Counted from the stretch's first letter, positions 19,657-28,990 are shown. The stretch is 64,000 nucleotides of DNA from Abditibacterium sp. (GCA_965199495.1 CBDASK010000003.1:2304001-2368000), one strand, 5' to 3'. Program-made: numbers and translations. The notes: generated by a model from the letters alone, not told the origin.

Positions 19657-19932
19657 TTAGCTACAACGAGGAGGAGTGGGGCGGCAGGGAGGAGGAGCGG
19701 GAGTGCAAGACTTGCTGCTTTTCTTGCTTTTTGTGCTTTTCGCGCATTTATTGCTTTTGGACGACTTTTTGTCTTTGCAACCCAAGCCCTGAACGCCAGC
19801 TTTCTGTTGGCTGGTGAGCGCGTCGGCGCCCGACACGACCGGCAAACCTGCGGCATTGGCAGGAGCCGCACACAAAGCACCGCTCCACGCGACGCCTAAG
19901 ACCAGAAGACCCGACACAGTTGATTTTCTCAT
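19657..19932 (-). CDS. Small secreted Lys/Ser/Cys/Pro-rich peptide precursor (91 aa)
   Basis: MRKSTVSGLLVLGVAWSGALCAAPANA signal, LTSQQKAGVQG leader-like motif, cationic Cys-containing core; TAGGAAG upstream. Confidence 0.72.
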   Translation of the reverse strand: MRKSTVSGLLVLGVAWSGALCAAPANAAGLPVVSGADALTSQQKAGVQGLGCKDKKSSKSNKCAKSTKSKKSSKSCTPAPPPCRPTPPRCS

Positions 19933-20131
19933 GATGACACTTCCTATTGGTGAATTTTCTTTCCCGTTGTCCGCTTTTGAAGCGAACGAAGAAAGAATGT
20001 TAAACGAAGTCCATTTCCAAGACCGATACAAAATTCTAACTCCAAGAAGCGTTGATTTTGTGTTCTTCGGCTTTGAACTGACACAAGAAATTATGCCAGT
20101 AAACGTTCGGAGGAAATAGGGAGTAAGCTCC

Positions 20132-20902
20132 CTATTTTCGTGCGCGCGGGCGCTTAATATCTGACAAATTTTGGGAGGATAATAGCAGGGAATCGGAAGG
20201 GGAACGCTCAAACAAGCCGTGATAGTGAGCAAAAATAACTAACTCGACCCGTCCCGAAATTTGTAATTTTTCAAATATCGCGGTCAGGCGGTGGCGAACC
20301 GTGGCTTCGCTAATGAACAATTGAGCGGCAATAGCTTGATTTTTCATCGCCTGACAGACCAGAGAAATGACATCGTGTTCCCCTTTGGTGAGCGTGCTAA
20401 TGCGCCAAGTGAGATTATCTTTGTTGGACGATTGCGGGCGTTTGTTCTCGTGCAACAGGCTCGTCACCATCGTGCGTTCGATCCAGATTTCGCCAGCATG
20501 AACACATCGCAGAGCCTTGAAGAACAGCTCGACACTTTGGTTTTGCTGCACAATTCCCATCACGCCATGATCAATGGCTTGCTTGAGCAATTCGTAATTA
20601 CGAGAAGAAGTCAGCAACACAACACGACATTCGGTGTCGGCCTTAAATACCGCGAGCAACAGACTTTGTAAGGTTTCATCAAAGTCGTCCATGTCAAACA
20701 GAACGATGTCGGGGCGAAGTTGAGACACGAGGCGCACCGTCTCGTCGCCGTGGCTGCTGTTGCCTACCACTTCAAAATCTGGTTGGGTATGGAGCAAGCA
20801 GCACAACGCGGCCCGCGAAATTGCATCGCTGGTGTTTCCAGAAACGAAGATGCGCAATGGAATCGTGGAGTTGAGTGCGGATTCAAGCATGGGAGAGGTC
20901 AA
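20132..20902 (-). CDS. NarL/LuxR-family response regulator
   Basis: REC domain (PDIVLFD) and LuxR HTH (LTKGEHDVI...NQAIAAQLFISEATVRHRL); start uncertain. Confidence 0.85.
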   Translation of the reverse strand: MTSPMLESALNSTIPLRIFVSGNTSDAISRAALCCLLHTQPDFEVVGNSSHGDETVRLVSQLRPDIVLFDMDDFDETLQSLLLAVFKADTECRVVLLTSSRNYELLKQAIDHGVMGIVQQNQSVELFFKALRCVHAGEIWIERTMVTSLLHENKRPQSSNKDNLTWRISTLTKGEHDVISLVCQAMKNQAIAAQLFISEATVRHRLTAIFEKLQISGRVELVIFAHYHGLFERSPSDSLLLSSQNLSDIKRPRARK

Positions 20903-21173
20903 ATAATACGCCTTAAATCACACTGATTTTGCAGCAATTATCGTGGTTTCCGGTTTCCCTCTCCCCAGAAATTCGGTTGTTATTGGCTGCATATAGAAAG
21001 TCGTTGGAGTGAAATGGCCTTCGCCAATTTCAAGCGCACGAAATTTATTTGATAGCAGTATATTAGCCTTTTTTTGTAATCTGCGTTGCCCCGACAGGCT
21101 AATCCCTAATAATTCTCTTTTCTTTCCTACTCTGCTTGAGCGTATGGGGGCAGAAAATTCATCGCGCCCTTTT

Positions 21174-21274
21174 CTACATTCCGCGCCCACCCAGCATGCG
21201 ACCCATTTTGCCCATGCCGCGCGGCATTTTCATCTTGCCGCTCTGCATCGCTTGCAGTTGCCGCATCATCTTTT
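21174..21274 (-). repeat. Second copy of the ffh 3' end (att-like direct repeat)
   Basis: Aligns ungapped to 24697-24797 and encodes the identical KMMRQLQAMQSGKMKMPRGMGKMGRMLGGRGM-stop. Confidence 0.95.
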
Positions 21275-21649
21275 TATATTATTCATGTGTTGAGCAGTTG
21301 TAGGAAAAGATGTCGAGCGCGTCGCACTCAAAGAAGCCCATAGAAAGGCGGGCACGCTAAATAACGCAGGGAAATTAAGTAACACCAGTTCGTGTTGCAT
21401 CAACGAGCAAACGAAAGAAGCCGACGCAATCATAATAAGCAACGAAAACGATAAGAGTGAGCGTGAACTGCGCGCGCGATGAGTGACTAACCAGACTAAT
21501 CCAAATGTTGTGAAAAAGAACGTAAGCGCGGGATAAAGGCGATGTTCAATTCCAATTTGGTAAGATTGGCTGGCCCATATCGCCGGAATAAAAATGCCAA
21601 GCGCACCGAAAATTAGAGGAAGAGCCAAAAGAGGGAGACGAGATTTCAT
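21266..21649 (-). CDS. Hypothetical four-TM membrane protein
   Basis: Four hydrophobic segments; 6 bp after the upstream gene; stop lies inside the ffh duplicate. Confidence 0.6.
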   Translation of the reverse strand: MKSRLPLLALPLIFGALGIFIPAIWASQSYQIGIEHRLYPALTFFFTTFGLVWLVTHRARSSRSLLSFSLLIMIASASFVCSLMQHELVLLNFPALFSVPAFLWASLSATRSTSFPTTAQHMNNIKR

Positions 21650-21655
21650 GGCGAA

Positions 21656-22162
21656 TCAAGAGTTTTCGAGGGCGACGATTTTGTTAGCGCGCACATGAAT
21701 GGCATAAGGTAATTCCATATTGCGCGGCGCTAAGGGAACGTAACTGCTACGGTTATAGCTGAAAATTTGATCGAGATTCAAAAGGGTTTTATCTAACACA
21801 AATGGCTTGTCGCGCGATATCACGTTAATCAAAGCCACCGGCTGATGGGAGCGTTGCGCGGCTTTTATCATGTTTCCCACCGCGACATCTTGGCAACCGC
21901 AAGATTCGCGGAAAATTAGCACGCTTTCGTTAGAGCTTGCGGGCGAAAATCCAACCCGTCCGTCCGTTCCAACGATTGATAATTGAGGCAACGTCGAACC
22001 AACTTCCAAACGCCGGTTGCCCAAGGCGTTAATTAGCGCGTTGAATGAGAGTGTACTGGGACGTTCTGGTGCGCCATTGATAGTCAGGACGCAGACTTGA
22101 AGAACCAACGCACCGAGCAGAATTTGACTCAGTGCATCGCTGTTACGGAGAATTTTAAACAC
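21656..22162 (-). CDS. Membrane-anchored thioredoxin-like hypothetical protein
   Basis: N-terminal TM, LEVGSTLPQL, ESCGCQ and LPY motifs; 8-bp overlap with the upstream gene. Confidence 0.55.
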   Translation of the reverse strand: MFKILRNSDALSQILLGALVLQVCVLTINGAPERPSTLSFNALINALGNRRLEVGSTLPQLSIVGTDGRVGFSPASSNESVLIFRESCGCQDVAVGNMIKAAQRSHQPVALINVISRDKPFVLDKTLLNLDQIFSYNRSSYVPLAPRNMELPYAIHVRANKIVALENS

Positions 22163-23120
22163 GTTTTTTCGTCCTCCATGCCAAAAGCAACGCCGCCAGT
22201 GTTAAAGGCCCAAAAGTGAGCGCCAAATTGATATTGCGTTGTCTGTTTTCTGCCGCGTGTTCCTGATCATCCAGAACGCCCAACTTTTTGGCTTCTTTAT
22301 CGGTAATGGCAAAAACATCGGCTTTGGTCATCGGCACAGAAGAAGTTTTCCTGATTATTAAAGGCGCGCCAAAGCGAGTATCGGCTAAAATTGCGGGGCG
22401 AGCGATAAAAAATTGCAACGGCTGCGCAGGTTTCTTGCTGAATGTAGCAGCCGAAAATTCAAAGCGCAAAGGCATTAAACTCGTGCCTACGCTCGGATAC
22501 TTAACGGTTGCTGTTTGCGGCATCAAACCGCCGTTTTGCGCGCCCTGAGTTTCGATTGTGACAAAAGGCTTGCCCTCTTTCTGCAATCGCTCGATGCGGC
22601 GCGCCAGAAACTTTTGTCGTGGATCAAGCAACGCTCGGATCGGCTTGCCGTTGGGTGTTTGGCCTTGCAATTCCACCAAAGGCGAACCAGCCACGGCGCT
22701 GACGTGGGGCGATTTCAGCATCGAAAGTCCGCGTCCTTTAAAAAAACAGGCGCCGGGCAGCAGCAACAGCATTCGATTATTGGGGGTATCGCTGAGCAAA
22801 CTCAAGCGCGAAATCGTCACCGAATTGCCGACGGAAGAGAACTCGTCCTGCCCATCGAAAAGCGTTTCTGTAACTGGGAGTTGCGAACCTTTGTCCTTCA
22901 GTTGCACCGTGCGAAAACGGTATTTATCGCCCGTTGAAGTGGAGCTTATCTGGCGGACGGGTTTGCCATTTTCCAAAACGCGCGCCTGAAAGCTGCTGGT
23001 GGCAAACGCCGCGTCCGCTTCTCGAATAGCTTTTAACGTGGCGCCTTCGTCGAGCGCATAACAAGCGTGACTCGCCAGCAACGCGGTCATCAAACCGCCA
23101 AAAGTCTTGATAAATTGCAT
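22155..23120 (-). CDS. Exported protein with C-terminal TM anchor and basic tail
   Basis: GGAGG RBS, signal peptide, ends LALTFGPLTLAALLLAWRTKKRV. Confidence 0.7.
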   Translation of the reverse strand: MQFIKTFGGLMTALLASHACYALDEGATLKAIREADAAFATSSFQARVLENGKPVRQISSTSTGDKYRFRTVQLKDKGSQLPVTETLFDGQDEFSSVGNSVTISRLSLLSDTPNNRMLLLLPGACFFKGRGLSMLKSPHVSAVAGSPLVELQGQTPNGKPIRALLDPRQKFLARRIERLQKEGKPFVTIETQGAQNGGLMPQTATVKYPSVGTSLMPLRFEFSAATFSKKPAQPLQFFIARPAILADTRFGAPLIIRKTSSVPMTKADVFAITDKEAKKLGVLDDQEHAAENRQRNINLALTFGPLTLAALLLAWRTKKRV

Positions 23121-23130
23121 TAAGCCTCCG

Positions 23131-23808
23131 TTAATTGCAAAAACTGTAAGCCGCATTGGGATCATAAACCTCAACCGGAAGATTGGGTTGGTCGCAGATG
23201 TCGGAATTGGTGTAGGCGATGAGTTTGACGTGACCATCAACGAACAAATAATTCGCCCGGCCTAAGTGTGTGGTATGAGGCGTGCCCGAATAGCCAAAAC
23301 TGTAAACGGAGGAGTTCGTGCTTTCTAAGTCCGAAGAATCTCTCAACATTACCATATTAGCGGGACGTTTGACCTGAGTTGAGGGTAAGCCGCTCAGATA
23401 AATATTCATCTGGTAATCGGTGTAATGAACGCTCCAAAGCTGCTTCAAACCGTCCGCCGGGGTTACGTCTTCTATCACTCCATCTGTAGGGCCTTTTGAA
23501 GGACAACGGTAGAGTTGCAGATTACCCACATAAGGAAAAATGCGGTAAGCCCAACCGGGGCCATCTGCTGAATATCCGGCGGTTGGCAGTCCAGTCGTCA
23601 ACCAAAAAGGATATCTACCGTTATCATCGGCGTATTGTTGCATCGCCAAACCGATTTGGTGCAAGTTGCTTTTGCACTGAGTAATACGCCCCTGTTCGCG
23701 CGCGCGCGCGAAAACTGGCAACAGAATCGCCGATAGAATAGCGATAATGGCGAGAACCACCAAAATTTCCATCAAAGTAAAGCCTTTGACGCGTCGTGAG
23801 TGGGCCAT
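23131..23808 (-). CDS. Prepilin-type N-terminal cleavage/methylation protein (DUF1559-like, H-X9-DG)
   Basis: [31 protein letters not shown]...[34 protein letters not shown]. Confidence 0.9.
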   Translation of the reverse strand: MAHSRRVKGFTLMEILVVLAIIAILSAILLPVFARAREQGRITQCKSNLHQIGLAMQQYADDNGRYPFWLTTGLPTAGYSADGPGWAYRIFPYVGNLQLYRCPSKGPTDGVIEDVTPADGLKQLWSVHYTDYQMNIYLSGLPSTQVKRPANMVMLRDSSDLESTNSSVYSFGYSGTPHTTHLGRANYLFVDGHVKLIAYTNSDICDQPNLPVEVYDPNAAYSFCN

Positions 23809-24014
23809 CAGAATTCTCCTTTAACTCTATCTCGCGGTCGGATAATTAAATCCGACCGCAAGACGTGAAGTGTATAGTGTGCTGTAACTGAATAGCATAG
23901 TAGGGTTCTGTTTTCCGTCAGAGTCGTGCCTTAAACGCGTATGTCGCGCTTAAAGATGCGTCTCCGACAAGTCCACGCGGCCTTATCGAACTATTCAGTT
24001 GCAACATCGAGTTA

Positions 24015-24398
24015 TCAACAATCGGTGAAGCTCGCATTTGTCGTCGCTTCATTAGTAAACGTTTGGGCAACCCAGTCCCCACTACAGATAGAGCCGTTAA
24101 ATGTCGTGATTACGACACTTACAGTAAAGGGCGACATAGTGCAACGTTGATTTGTGTAGAGAAACTTGGACTCGCGACATTGGCGAATAGCCGAGGGGCT
24201 GTAGTAACTGCGAGTTGATGTGGTTCCTTTGTTGATACAGGAATCGTCACCATAGGTAACGGTATCGTAAGTCTGGTTGCACTCGGCTGAAGCCTGCACG
24301 TAGTTGGCGCACCCGAAGGTGGCCAGAGCAATGGCAGCGACGAGGCGGGCTGCCGATCCGCGTTGGACCAAAAAGGTCGGTTTTTGCATTTTCGTCAC
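24015..24398 (-). CDS. Secreted Cys/Thr-rich small protein
   Basis: GTG start after AGGAG; signal peptide ending ASA; six Cys in the mature part. Confidence 0.72.
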   Translation of the reverse strand: MTKMQKPTFLVQRGSAARLVAAIALATFGCANYVQASAECNQTYDTVTYGDDSCINKGTTSTRSYYSPSAIRQCRESKFLYTNQRCTMSPFTVSVVITTFNGSICSGDWVAQTFTNEATTNASFTDC

Positions 24399-24696
24399 AA
24401 TTTTTCTCCTTGTGACACAAGGCGTGCTGACACGTTTTGATTTAGAAGAACGCGTTTAACCAATTTTGAGTCTGGCTTTGAATTGTCAGGAATACCCGCA
24501 TTTAAGCTCAACTCTTGACGATTGTGGCTCTTCCATTTATTATTATACCCATTTCATTGAAGATTTAAACATAAGTAGAGGAAAATTTTCAAAAATTTTG
24601 GCAAATTATTTCAAGGTGAGAAATAGACGTTGACGAAGCAAATGTAAGCCAAAAAGGGGCGCAAAGCTAAAACTTCGTCCCCCTTTCTTATTTCTC

Positions 24697-26058
24697 TCAC
24701 ATTCCGCGTCCGCCCAACATCCGCCCCATTTTGCCCATGCCGCGTGGCATCTTCATTTTGCCGCTTTGCATCGCTTGCAGTTGCCGCATCATCTTTTGCA
24801 TATCGCGGAACTGATTTAATAGCCGATTAATCTCCTGCACGCTCGTGCCCGATCCCGCCGCGATGCGCTTTTTGCGGCTGGCGTTGATTACGTCCGGTTG
24901 GCGGCGTTCGCGCGGCGTCATGGACAGAATAATCGCTTCGACGCGTTTCATCATTTTGTCGTCAATGCCAGCTTGGGCGGCTTTGGGCAGTTTGTTCATG
25001 CCGGGAATCATTTCCAGCATTTTGTCCATCGGCCCCATTTTTTTCATCTCCTTCATCTGGAGCAGAAAATCCTCGAAATCGAAGCTGCCCTTTTTCATGC
25101 GCGCTTCCATCTCTTCCATGCTCGCCATCGTGACCTGCTTTTCGACGTTCTCGATCAAACTCAACACGTCGCCCATGCCCAAGATGCGGCCCGCCATGCG
25201 GTCGGGATGAAACAGTTCGATGGCATCCAATTTCTCACCGGTGCCAATATATTTTACTGGCACGCCCGTCACGCTGCGCACGCTCAAAATCGCGCCGCCG
25301 CGCGCGTCGCCGTCCATTTTGGTCAAAACAACGCCCGTCAAAGGCAACGCCTCGTTGAAGGCGGCAGCAGCAGCCACGGCGTCTTGGCCGGTCATCGCAT
25401 CGAGGGCCAAAAGCGTTTCATCGGGCGTGACGGCTTCGGCGATGGCTTTGGCCTCGCTCATCATATTCTCGTCAACGTGCAGACGGCCCGCCGTGTCGAT
25501 AATTACGACATCATAGGCTTTATCGCGCGCCAATGCCACGCCGCGCTGCGCGATGTGAACCGGATTGATCTCGCCCTCTTCGTAAACCGGCACGCCGACT
25601 TGTTCGCCGACGATTTGCAACTGTTTAATCGCCTGAGGGCGATAAATATCGCACGCCACCAGAAGCGGCCTTTTGCCTTCGCGCTTGAGCAAAGCCGCGA
25701 GTTTGGCGGCGGTCGTGGTTTTGCCCGTTCCCTGCAAACCGGCGAGCATAATCACGGTCGGGCCTTTGGAACTCCACTGCAAACGATGGGTTTGGCCGCC
25801 CAGAAGTTCCTGCATCTCGTCGCGCACGACGGCGATCACCATTTGGTCGGGCGTCAGGCTTTTCAAAACGTCTTCGCCGACGGCTTTCACGCGCACGCGA
25901 GCGATGAACTCTTTAACGATTTTGAAGTTGACATCGGCTTCCAAGAGCGCCAATCGCACTTCGCGGAGAGCGGCGTCAACGTCGGCTTCGGTGAGCTTGC
26001 CTTTGCCGCGCAGTTTGGCGAGCGTGCCAGTGATTTTTTGAGAAAGAGACGAAAGCAT
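24697..26058 (-). CDS. ffh: Signal recognition particle protein Ffh
   Basis: GLQGTGKTT, DTAGR, TKMDGDARGG, Met-rich M domain, SRKKRIAAGSG. Confidence 0.97.
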   Translation of the reverse strand: MLSSLSQKITGTLAKLRGKGKLTEADVDAALREVRLALLEADVNFKIVKEFIARVRVKAVGEDVLKSLTPDQMVIAVVRDEMQELLGGQTHRLQWSSKGPTVIMLAGLQGTGKTTTAAKLAALLKREGKRPLLVACDIYRPQAIKQLQIVGEQVGVPVYEEGEINPVHIAQRGVALARDKAYDVVIIDTAGRLHVDENMMSEAKAIAEAVTPDETLLALDAMTGQDAVAAAAAFNEALPLTGVVLTKMDGDARGGAILSVRSVTGVPVKYIGTGEKLDAIELFHPDRMAGRILGMGDVLSLIENVEKQVTMASMEEMEARMKKGSFDFEDFLLQMKEMKKMGPMDKMLEMIPGMNKLPKAAQAGIDDKMMKRVEAIILSMTPRERRQPDVINASRKKRIAAGSGTSVQEINRLLNQFRDMQKMMRQLQAMQSGKMKMPRGMGKMGRMLGGRGM

Positions 26059-26109
26059 AATTTGCGATTCAGTTTAACGCGCGCCGCTTCGAGGACGCGT
26101 CAGGAAATT

Positions 26110-26264
26110 AAGCCACAGAGTTCACAGAGAACGCGCAGAGGAACACAAAAAACGGCGAAGAAAATAGAACGCGAAAGAACAGTGGAAAATTAGTGTTCTT
26201 TTGTTTTGATTTTCTTCGCCGTTTTTTGTGTTCCTCTGCGCGTTCTCTGTGAACTCTGTGGCTT
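26110..26264. repeat. Palindromic repeat family A (AGCCACAGAGTTCACAGAG), copy 1
   Basis: 56-bp arms, 26110-26165 and 26209-26264. Confidence 0.85.
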
Positions 26265-26269
26265 TTTGT

Positions 26270-26818
26270 TTACGGCTGTTTTTCGCCGACGATTTCGGTC
26301 AGCAATTCCCACTCGTTGAGATGAACATAATCGTCGCCGCCGATGCGTTGAACGGTGAGCGTAACCTCGGAAACTGCTAAATTACGCGGAAATACAACCT
26401 CCCCCGTCACGCCGTCGCCCGCGTTTGTCCACGGCACGATTTCGTATTTAGTCGGGGATTTGCCGTCTTTGGGCCACACCATTGCCTCGACTTTCCAGCG
26501 CCCAACGTGATGCGAAATCGTGACGCGTGTTCCGGCGACCGAAACCGTGCCGTCGAATTGAATCGTGGTGATTTGCGGATTGACGGCGCTCGAACGCAAC
26601 AGGGTCGAATCGTCGCCATCGAAAATATCTTTGATTTCGCCGTTATCGTGCGGCGAACCCGCGACGGTGATTTTGTCTTCGGCGAGCCAATCTTTGAGCG
26701 GCAGTGGCTGCAAATGCAACGACACGAAATCGGGCGGCGACGGCACCTCGCTCGCCCGCGCCAACGGCGCGCTGGCGGCAAACGTTAGGCAGAAAAAGAG
26801 GACGCGTCGAAACAACAC
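26270..26818 (-). CDS. Secreted hypothetical protein, discoidin/galactose-binding-like
   Basis: Signal peptide ending ARA; IFDGD.ST and VHLNEWEL motifs. Confidence 0.6.
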   Translation of the reverse strand: MLFRRVLFFCLTFAASAPLARASEVPSPPDFVSLHLQPLPLKDWLAEDKITVAGSPHDNGEIKDIFDGDDSTLLRSSAVNPQITTIQFDGTVSVAGTRVTISHHVGRWKVEAMVWPKDGKSPTKYEIVPWTNAGDGVTGEVVFPRNLAVSEVTLTVQRIGGDDYVHLNEWELLTEIVGEKQP

Positions 26819-26880
26819 GCCCGATAGTTTAATGGCCCACTAACTTTGGTTAGCGGGCCGTTTGTTCTGGTACTTTCTGT

Positions 26881-27351
26881 TTACGGCGTCGGCGTGGCTG
26901 CATCGCGCTTGCCCATCAATCGGGTCAATGCCGCGTCAACCGATAACAAACCGGGGCCGGTCAGGAAAATGACGAGGGCGAACAGAAAATACATTGCCGC
27001 CAATTCGTAAGGGTTTTTCACCGTTGGGCCACTGATAAAACCGGAGTCGCCTTTCATTATCGTAGATAAAACGGCCACGAACATCGTGCACATCACGCCC
27101 AGACAGGCGAGCGGTGTGAGAACGCCGAACATGATGGCCAAACCGCCAAAAAACTCGGAGAAAGCCGCCAATCCCTGCAAAAATCCGGGTGGCCCATCCG
27201 GCCCCATCCAACCGAAAAAGCCACCATCGCTCTGGATTTTTCCCAAACCATGAACGGCCATCGCGTAGCCCACAAACACGCGCAAAATAAATAAACCGAC
27301 GGCGCCTGGCCCGTGAAAATAGTAACGCGGATGAAAGAAGAAATTTTTCAT
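26881..27351 (-). CDS. DoxX family membrane protein
   Basis: LFILRVFVG...HGLGK, EFFGG, GPGLLSVD. Confidence 0.88.
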   Translation of the reverse strand: MKNFFFHPRYYFHGPGAVGLFILRVFVGYAMAVHGLGKIQSDGGFFGWMGPDGPPGFLQGLAAFSEFFGGLAIMFGVLTPLACLGVMCTMFVAVLSTIMKGDSGFISGPTVKNPYELAAMYFLFALVIFLTGPGLLSVDAALTRLMGKRDAATPTP

Positions 27352-27433
27352 TGGCGCGCCCTTGCGCAAATCGAACGCCGGGCTTGAAATGCCGGATGAA
27401 GGGCAATCCAATTATCCTTAAATCACTTCGTTT

Positions 27434-28540
27434 ATGAACCCCAATTTGCCCCAATCCGCCGCCGCGACGTTGCGCGCGGCGCGCTCGCTCCAGAATACGC
27501 CCGCCCTCGCCGGGTTCGACGGCTTTATTGATACGATTTGCCACGCCGTTGACAAACGCCATGACGCGCAGAATTACGACCGCATTCGCACGCTACGCGA
27601 GTTTGGCGAGCGCATCGCGGCGGCGGCTGGCAAATCGGCCAACGTCGAAATCGTGCCGACTCTGGTCAAACTCGGCGGCAACGGCCCGATTATGGCCAAC
27701 GCGCTGTGCGCTCTGGGATTGGATGTGACTTATTGCGGCATGACCGGCTATCCCAACACGCATTCGGTTTTTGAAGAGTTCGGCCAGAGCGCCAAACTTT
27801 TGCCGATTTCGGCGCCCGCTTTGACCGATGCCTACGAATTTGACGACGGCAAACTCATCGTCGGCAAACACGCGACGGTCGCCGAAGTCAGTTACGAAAA
27901 CCTGATGAGCCGCGTTGGCGAAGACGCGTGGTTCGAGGCGTGGGATGCCGCCAAATTCGTGGCGATGGTCAACTGGACGATGCTGCCCTACATGACGCCT
28001 TTGTGGAAAAGGATGCTCGAATTTCCCGCGACATCAGAACGCAAAACTCTGTTTTTCGATTTGGCCGATCCGGAAAAACGTTCGCGTGAAGATATTCTCG
28101 ACGCGCTGCAAACTATCGCCAAATTCCAGGAGAATCACGACGTGATTTTGGGTCTCAACGAGGCCGAAGCGATTCAGGTCGGCGAAACGCTCGACGTTTC
28201 GACTCCCGTTGGCAAAGTCACCGATCACGAAAGCGCGCCCGAATTAGCGGCGGCGATTCGCGCCAAATTGGAAATCGGTGTTGTCGTGGTGCATCCGACG
28301 AAATTCGCCGCCGCCGCCGACAGCCACGACGCCGTGGCTGTGGATGGGCCATTCATCGCCCAACCGAAAATCTCGACGGGCGCGGGCGATCATTTCAACG
28401 CCGGTTTCTGTCTGGGCCAACTTTTGGGCGCCGATTTGGAGCAATCGCTGCAAATGGGCGTCGGCACATCGGGCTTTTATGTGCGCAATGCGCAAAGCCC
28501 ATCGCGCGAGGATTTGGCGGATTTTCTGGCGACTTTGTAA
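27434..28540 (+). CDS. PfkB/ribokinase-family carbohydrate kinase
   Basis: KLGGNG, LNEAEA, STGAGDHFNAG. Confidence 0.82.
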   Translation: MNPNLPQSAAATLRAARSLQNTPALAGFDGFIDTICHAVDKRHDAQNYDRIRTLREFGERIAAAAGKSANVEIVPTLVKLGGNGPIMANALCALGLDVTYCGMTGYPNTHSVFEEFGQSAKLLPISAPALTDAYEFDDGKLIVGKHATVAEVSYENLMSRVGEDAWFEAWDAAKFVAMVNWTMLPYMTPLWKRMLEFPATSERKTLFFDLADPEKRSREDILDALQTIAKFQENHDVILGLNEAEAIQVGETLDVSTPVGKVTDHESAPELAAAIRAKLEIGVVVVHPTKFAAAADSHDAVAVDGPFIAQPKISTGAGDHFNAGFCLGQLLGADLEQSLQMGVGTSGFYVRNAQSPSREDLADFLATL

Positions 28541-28990
28541 ATGATCGACCACATCAACATCGTCGTCGCCGATTTGGAACGCGCCGCGCATTTTTACGAA
28601 GCGCTGTTTGGCTTTAAACGCGGCTTCTCCGCCCAACTTCAAGGCGATTGGATCGAAACCGTCACCGGACTTCAAGGCGCCCGCGCTCAATGTCTGTTTC
28701 TCGATCCGCCGCGCGCAGCAGCCACGCGTATCGAGCTAATTCGCTACGACGCGCCCGACGCCGAATTTTCGCCGTTCGCGCCGACGCCCAACGAACCCGG
28801 TTTGCGTCACATCGCGTTTGAAGTCGAAGACATTGATGCGACTTTGAATCAGGTGCGCGCGTTGGGCCTCACGCCGTTTTCCGCGCCAGTCGAAGTGCCG
28901 TTTCGCGTGGCGAATCTGGGTGTAAAGCACTTGGCTTATTTTCACGATTTCGACGGGACAATCGTCGAAGTCGCGGCTTATCGTAAATAG
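28541..28990 (+). CDS. VOC/glyoxalase family protein
   Basis: IDHINIVVADLERA..FY, LRHIAFEVEDID, DFDGTIVE. Confidence 0.88.
   Translation: MIDHINIVVADLERAAHFYEALFGFKRGFSAQLQGDWIETVTGLQGARAQCLFLDPPRAAATRIELIRYDAPDAEFSPFAPTPNEPGLRHIAFEVEDIDATLNQVRALGLTPFSAPVEVPFRVANLGVKHLAYFHDFDGTIVEVAAYRK

Larger units (their letters stand above)
21275..24696. mobile_element. Genomic islet inserted at the ffh 3' end, no integrase
   Basis: Flanked by the 101-bp direct repeat; visibly AT-richer than its flanks; five co-oriented accessory genes. Confidence 0.7.

Noticed and set aside
21174..21274. The ffh tail copy as an independent 31-aa gene
   Set aside because: No RBS or promoter; similarity stops abruptly at 21274; better explained as a displaced gene end.
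19933..24696. Prophage or integrase remnant in the AT-rich region
   Set aside because: No tyrosine or serine recombinase, transposase or phage motifs in the ORF track.
24898..26193. 431-aa plus-strand ORF and similar long antisense ORFs (3545..4555, 9857..10876, 39632..40588, 45258..46343)
   Set aside because: Antisense shadows of well-supported GC-rich genes with no recognisable motifs.
26110..26264. Periodic CACAGAG units as a possible CRISPR array
   Set aside because: Units are 7-11 bp within an inverted repeat, with no unique spacers and no cas genes.
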